From Actinomycetales bacterium (GTDB lineage Bacteria > Actinomycetota > Actinomycetes > Actinomycetales > Dermatophilaceae): a stretch of 64,000 nt of DNA. A program made the translations under genes and the position numbers. The DNA is taken from positions 2,959 through 66,958 of the forward strand of contig JBBRZC010000001.1 of assembly GCA_038237075.1 (NCBI GenBank), read 5' to 3'. Positions within the stretch are counted from its first letter, which is position 1. Each line of letters begins with the position of its first letter. Of this stretch, positions 59,490 to 64,000 are shown in pieces. The notes below the pieces were generated by a model. It had not been told where the DNA came from. It ran no database searches and saw only the letters and a program-made list of their open reading frames with translations.

Positions 59490-59527
59490 CGAGGTATGCC
59501 GCGAAGGCGAGCTCGCGGCATACCTCG
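59490..59527. terminator. Hairpin formed by an inverted pair of CGGCATAC octamers downstream of fadB
   Basis: cgaggtatgccgcga-aggcgagc-tcgcggcatacctcg, perfect 15-bp arms, 20 bp past the stop at 59548. Confidence 0.8.
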
Positions 59528-59547
59528 CCGTTCTGGGGGGTTCCCGC

Positions 59548-61692
59548 TCAGCCGGGGACGCTGGCGGCACCGGGCGGCAGGAACCGCCGTCCGGTGACCT
59601 TCTCGGCGATGCCGGTGCGGTCGAGCAGGGGGGTGACGCCGCCGTTCCAGAACTGGAAGCCGGCGCCCGTGATCATCGCGAGGTCGAGGTCCATGGGGGC
59701 CTGGACGACGCCCTCGTCGAGCATCCGGCGGGCCTCGTCGGCGATGACGGTCAGGACGCGCTCGCGGATCTCGTCGGATGAGAGGGCCACGGGGTGCTCG
59801 GGTGTGGGCATCAGGGCGCGGACCTCGGGGTCGACGACGGGCCGGCCCTCGGGCCAAATGTAGAACGCTCGCTTCCCGGCGGCGACCACCCGGCGAAGCC
59901 CCTCGGAGACGTAGAACCGGTCGGGGAACGCGGCGGCCAGGCTTTCGTTGTTGTGCAACGCGATCGCCGGGCCGACGAGGCCGAGCAGGACGAACGGAGG
60001 CATCGGAGCCAGCCCCGCGAGGGCGGCGTCGGCCACCTCGATGGGGGTGCCCTCGTCGACGACCCTGGCGACCTCGCCCATCCACCGCCCGAGCAGCCGG
60101 TTGACGATGAACGACGGCGAGTCGTTGACGAGGATGCAGGTCTTGCGCAGGGTCTTCCCGGTGGCGAAAGCCGTCGCGAGTGTCGCGTCGTCGGTGTGCT
60201 CGCCCCGGACGATCTCGAGCAGCGGCATCACCGCCACGGGGTTGAAGAAGTGAAACCCGACGACCCGCTCCGGGTGGGCGAGGTCCGCGGCCATCGCGGT
60301 GATCGACAGCGAGGACGTGTTCGTGGCGAGGACGCAGGTGTCGGAGACGACTGCCTCGACCTCGCGCAGGACCGTCCTCTTGACGGCCAGCTCCTCGAAG
60401 ACGGCCTCGATGACGAAGTCCGCGTCGGCGAAGCCGGCCTTGGAAGTGGACCCGGTGACCAGGGACGTGAGCCGGTTGGCCCGGTCGTGGGTGAGCCGGC
60501 CCTTGGCGAGCAGCGCGTCGACCTCGGCGTGCACGGAGGCGACGCCGTGGTCGACCCGGGCCTGGTCGAGGTCGGTGAGGACGACCGGCACCTCGAGCCG
60601 CTGCGCGAAGAGGAACGCGAGCTGGGTCGCCATGAGCCCGGCACCGACGATGCCGACCTTCGTCAGGGGTCGGGCGAGCGCCTTGTCGGGCGCGCCGGCC
60701 GGCCGCTTGGCGCGGCGCTGCACGAGGTCGAAGGCGTAGAGCCCGGCTCGCAGCTCGTCACCCATGACGAGGTCGGCGAGCGTCTCGTCCTCGGCGGCGA
60801 ACGCCTCGTCGCGCGTCGCGGTGCGGGCGGCGGCGACCAGCTCGAGGGCTCGGTAGGGCGCCGGCGACTGGCCGCCCGTCTTGAGGTCGACGACCTTCCT
60901 GGCGCCCTTGACCGCGGCGGCCCACTCGGCCTCGTCGCGCGTCACCTCGGCTCGCTCGACCCGGACCTCACCGGCGACCACCGCGGCGGCCCAGCGCAGC
61001 GACTCCTCGAGGAAGTCGGCCGGCTCGAACATCGCGTCGGCGATCCCGAGCGCGAGGGCCTGGGGGCCGGTGAGCATCCGGTTGGTGTTCATCGGGTTCT
61101 CGATGATGACCTTGAGGGCGTTGGACGGCCCGACGAGGCGCGGCAGGAGGTAGCAGCCGCCCCAGCCGGGCACGAGGCCGAGGAAGGTCTCGGGCAGTGC
61201 CACGGCCGGCACGCCCGCGGACATCGTGCGGTGGTCGCAGGCCAGGGCGATCTCGACCCCGCCGCCCATGGCCGCCCCGTTCACGAAGGCGAAGGTGGGC
61301 ACGCCGAGGTCCATGATCGCCGCGAAGGCGCGGTGCCCGGCCCGGGCCCCGGCGAGGGCCTGGTCGCGGGAGCGGATGCCGGAGACGGCCAGGAGGTCGG
61401 CCCCGACGGCGAAGACGAAGGGCTTGCCGGTGATGCCCACGGCGTGGACCTCTCCGGCCGCCACGCGTGCGGCGATGCCGTCGAGGGTCTCCTGCAGGCC
61501 CGCCACGGTCGCGGGCCCGAAAGTGTTGGGTTTGGTGTGGTCGAAGCCGTTGTCGAGGGTGATCAGGGCAAGCGTGCCGACGCCGCCGGGCAGGGCGATG
61601 TCCCGGACCGGGGTGTGGGTGACGACCTCGTCGGGGCGGGCGGCAGGCGCGGTGTCGCGCCCGGCGGTCGTGGTGGTCGTGGCGGTCGTCAT
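59548..61692 (-). CDS. fadB: Fatty acid oxidation multifunctional protein (enoyl-CoA hydratase / 3-hydroxyacyl-CoA dehydrogenase)
   Basis: FAVGADL, MGGGVEIALACD, PETFLGLVPGWGG, GIVGAGLM, IEAVFE, NTSSL, GFHFFNP. Confidence 0.95.
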   Translation of the reverse strand: MTTATTTTTAGRDTAPAARPDEVVTHTPVRDIALPGGVGTLALITLDNGFDHTKPNTFGPATVAGLQETLDGIAARVAAGEVHAVGITGKPFVFAVGADLLAVSGIRSRDQALAGARAGHRAFAAIMDLGVPTFAFVNGAAMGGGVEIALACDHRTMSAGVPAVALPETFLGLVPGWGGCYLLPRLVGPSNALKVIIENPMNTNRMLTGPQALALGIADAMFEPADFLEESLRWAAAVVAGEVRVERAEVTRDEAEWAAAVKGARKVVDLKTGGQSPAPYRALELVAAARTATRDEAFAAEDETLADLVMGDELRAGLYAFDLVQRRAKRPAGAPDKALARPLTKVGIVGAGLMATQLAFLFAQRLEVPVVLTDLDQARVDHGVASVHAEVDALLAKGRLTHDRANRLTSLVTGSTSKAGFADADFVIEAVFEELAVKRTVLREVEAVVSDTCVLATNTSSLSITAMAADLAHPERVVGFHFFNPVAVMPLLEIVRGEHTDDATLATAFATGKTLRKTCILVNDSPSFIVNRLLGRWMGEVARVVDEGTPIEVADAALAGLAPMPPFVLLGLVGPAIALHNNESLAAAFPDRFYVSEGLRRVVAAGKRAFYIWPEGRPVVDPEVRALMPTPEHPVALSSDEIRERVLTVIADEARRMLDEGVVQAPMDLDLAMITGAGFQFWNGGVTPLLDRTGIAEKVTGRRFLPPGAASVPG

Positions 61693-62954
61693 GGTCGGGC
61701 GCCCTTCTCGTCGCGGGTCGGCGCACTCGTCGTCTCGGTGCCACCGCCTTCGGTGCCGTAGTCGGGGTGGTGGGGGTTCTCCCAGACCACCGCGCCGCCC
61801 ATGCCGATCCCGACGCACATCGCGGTGAGGCCGTAGCGGACCTCCGGGCGCTCCTCGAACTGGCGGGCGAGCTGGGTCATGAGCCGCACGCCGGACGACG
61901 CGAGCGGGTGCCCGACGGCGATGGCCCCGCCGTACGGGTTCACGCGGGGGTCGTCGTCGGCGATGCCGAAGTGTTCGAGGAAGGCGAGCACCTGCACGGC
62001 GAAGGCCTCGTTGAGCTCGAAGAGCCCGATGGCGTCGATGCCCAGCCCGGCCTGCCTCAGGGCCTTCTCGGTCGCCGGCACCGGGCCGATGCCCATGACC
62101 TCGGGCTCGACGCCGACGAAGGAGTAGGAGACGAGGCGCATCCGCACCGGGAGCCCCAGCTCGGCAGCGGCCGACTCGCTGGCGAGCAGGCAGGCGGTCG
62201 CGCCGTCGTTGAGCCCGGCGCTGTTGCCGGCGGTGACCCGGCCGTGGGCCCGGAAGGGGGTCTTCAGGGCGGCGAGGTCCTCGAGGGTCGTCCCGGGGCG
62301 CGGCGGCTCGTCGACCGTCGCGAGGCCCCAGCCCCGCTCCACGTCACGGGTGGCGACGGCGACGAGGTCGGGCTGGATCTGGCCGTTCGCGTAGGCCTTG
62401 GCCAGCCGCTCCTGGGACTCCACGGCATACGCGTCGCAGCGCGCCCTGGTGAGCGTGGGGAAGCGGTCGTGGAGGTTCTCGGCGGTGGCGCCCATGACCA
62501 GCGCCGAGGGGTCGACGATCCTCTCGGCGAGGATCCGCGGGTTGGGGTCGACGCCCTCGCCCATCGGGTGGTGCCCCATGTGCTCGACCCCGCCGGCGAC
62601 CGCGACGTCATAGGCGCCGAACGCGATGGCCGAGGCGGTGTTGGTCACGGCGGTCATGGCGCCGGCGCACATCCGGTCGATGGAGTAGCCGGGGGTCGTC
62701 CTGGGCAGGCCGGAGAGGAGCGCGGCGGTGCGGCCGAGGGTCAGGCCCTGGTCGCCGATCTGGGTCGTCGCGGCGATGGCGACCTCCTCGACCCGCTCGC
62801 GGGGCAGCTCGGGGTGGCGGCGCAGGAGCTCGCGGATGCACCGGATGACGAGGTCGTCGGCACGCGTCTGGGCGTAGATGCCCCGGTCACCGGCCTTGCC
62901 GAACGGGGTGCGCACCCCCTCGACGAAGACGACCTCACGCAGGGAGCGGGGCAT
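61689..62954 (-). CDS. fadA: Acetyl-CoA acyltransferase (thiolase)
   Basis: RMCAGAM (Cys), VTAGNSAGLNDGA, ELNEAF, GGAIAVGHP, MCVGIGMG. Confidence 0.96.
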   Translation of the reverse strand: MPRSLREVVFVEGVRTPFGKAGDRGIYAQTRADDLVIRCIRELLRRHPELPRERVEEVAIAATTQIGDQGLTLGRTAALLSGLPRTTPGYSIDRMCAGAMTAVTNTASAIAFGAYDVAVAGGVEHMGHHPMGEGVDPNPRILAERIVDPSALVMGATAENLHDRFPTLTRARCDAYAVESQERLAKAYANGQIQPDLVAVATRDVERGWGLATVDEPPRPGTTLEDLAALKTPFRAHGRVTAGNSAGLNDGATACLLASESAAAELGLPVRMRLVSYSFVGVEPEVMGIGPVPATEKALRQAGLGIDAIGLFELNEAFAVQVLAFLEHFGIADDDPRVNPYGGAIAVGHPLASSGVRLMTQLARQFEERPEVRYGLTAMCVGIGMGGAVVWENPHHPDYGTEGGGTETTSAPTRDEKGARP

Positions 62955-63059
62955 GTCGGGCCTCCTGAAGACGATCGGACGAGGGTGCGGCGATGGCCGA
63001 CCGAGACCGATGCTACTCGCGGGTAACCGGGGCCGTCGCGCGGCCCGACGTGAGGGTGG

Positions 63060-64000
63060 TCACGGGTGGTCGGCGAACGCCCGGACGATGGCAGGTGCCG
63101 TGGCCTGCACCTGCCAGGGACGGGCTCCCATGGCTCGGAGTGCGACGAGGATCCCGGCCTCGCTGACGTCGGAGGGCGGCGTCCAGAGGATCCGGCGCAG
63201 CACATCGGGAGTGAGGACGTTCTCGACGGGGACTCGGTGCTCGAGACCGAAGGCCGTGATCTCACCCCGGGCCTGGGCGAGCCGGGCGGCAGCGACGGGG
63301 TCGCGGTCGGCCCAGGCCCGCGGCGGCGGCGGCCCGGTGCCCGGCACCGTCAGAGCGGGCAGAGCCGAGTCGGGCAGCGCGGCGCCCCGACGGATCGCGT
63401 CGAGCCAGATGCGGGCGTTGCGGCGCGCGGCGCGCATCTCGCGGACCGCCTCGATGTCGGCGAGCGTCTGCGGGGTGGCGAGGGCCAGCTCGACGATGAC
63501 GGCGTCGGGCAGGACCCGGCCCGGGGAGATGTCGCGCTGCTCGGCGAGGCTCTCGCGCGCCTGCCAGATCTCCCGGACCGTCGCCAGCCCGCGGCGCCTG
63601 CGGACCCGGTGCAGGCCCGACGTGCGGCGCCAGGGGTCCACCCTCACCGGAGGCCCGTCGAAGGACTTCAGCGCCTCGAACTCCTGCCGGGCCCACTCGG
63701 TCTTGCCCTGATGCTCGAGGTCGGCGGCGATGCCGTCGCGCAGCTCGACGAGGACCTCGACGTCGAGCGCGGCGTAGCGCAGCCAGGGCTCCGGCAACGG
63801 CCGCGTCGACCAGTCGACGGCGGAGTGCTCCTTGGCCAGCGAGAGGCCCAGGTAGTGCTCGACCGCCGCGCCGAGACCGACGCGGGGCAGCCCGACGAGC
63901 CGGGCGCCGAGCTCGGTGTCGAAGAGGTCGCGGGGCTTCAGGCCCACCTCGGCGAGGCAGACGAGGTCCTGGCTCGCGGCGTGAAGGACCCACTCGGCGT
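63060..64000 (-). CDS. rnd: Ribonuclease D / HRDC domain protein; 5' end outside window
   Basis: WVLHAASQDL, LFDTELG, SAVDWSTRPL, YAALDVE; HRDC region. Confidence 0.93.
   Translation of the reverse strand, partial: AEWVLHAASQDLVCLAEVGLKPRDLFDTELGARLVGLPRVGLGAAVEHYLGLSLAKEHSAVDWSTRPLPEPWLRYAALDVEVLVELRDGIAADLEHQGKTEWARQEFEALKSFDGPPVRVDPWRRTSGLHRVRRRRGLATVREIWQARESLAEQRDISPGRVLPDAVIVELALATPQTLADIEAVREMRAARRNARIWLDAIRRGAALPDSALPALTVPGTGPPPPRAWADRDPVAAARLAQARGEITAFGLEHRVPVENVLTPDVLRRILWTPPSDVSEAGILVALRAMGARPWQVQATAPAIVRAFADHP

Overview
High-GC (roughly 72% by eye) Actinomycetota chromosomal segment. Gene order (parE ... parC, sepH, hemH, dut, trkA pair, acnA, dxs, fadAB, rnd) suggests Micrococcales, possibly Intrasporangiaceae; this is inference. 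It is mostly conserved core, interrupted by small accessory or decaying islets: a MoxR/VWA operon, an intact and a degraded Phd-RelE toxin-antitoxin pair, a galM pseudogene, a Fic gene, a pseudogene scar at 44-45.7 kb, and a LacI/ABC/glycoside-hydrolase cluster. I found no rRNA, tRNA, CRISPR array or transposase. The strongest signals are non-coding. (1) The non-palindromic octamer CGGCATAC/GTATGCCG occurs at least 47 times on both strands, in several reading frames where it imposes rare codons, and as inverted pairs forming hairpins at gene ends, much like DNA-uptake or HIP-type sequences. (2) A dispersed ~78-bp element with a long perfect palindrome and compensatory substitutions occurs twice, each time beside a TA islet. 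(3) An ATATCT-N8-AGATA(T/G) palindrome sits at the promoters of both acnA and an HTH-MurA fusion gene. All counts and alignments were done by eye.
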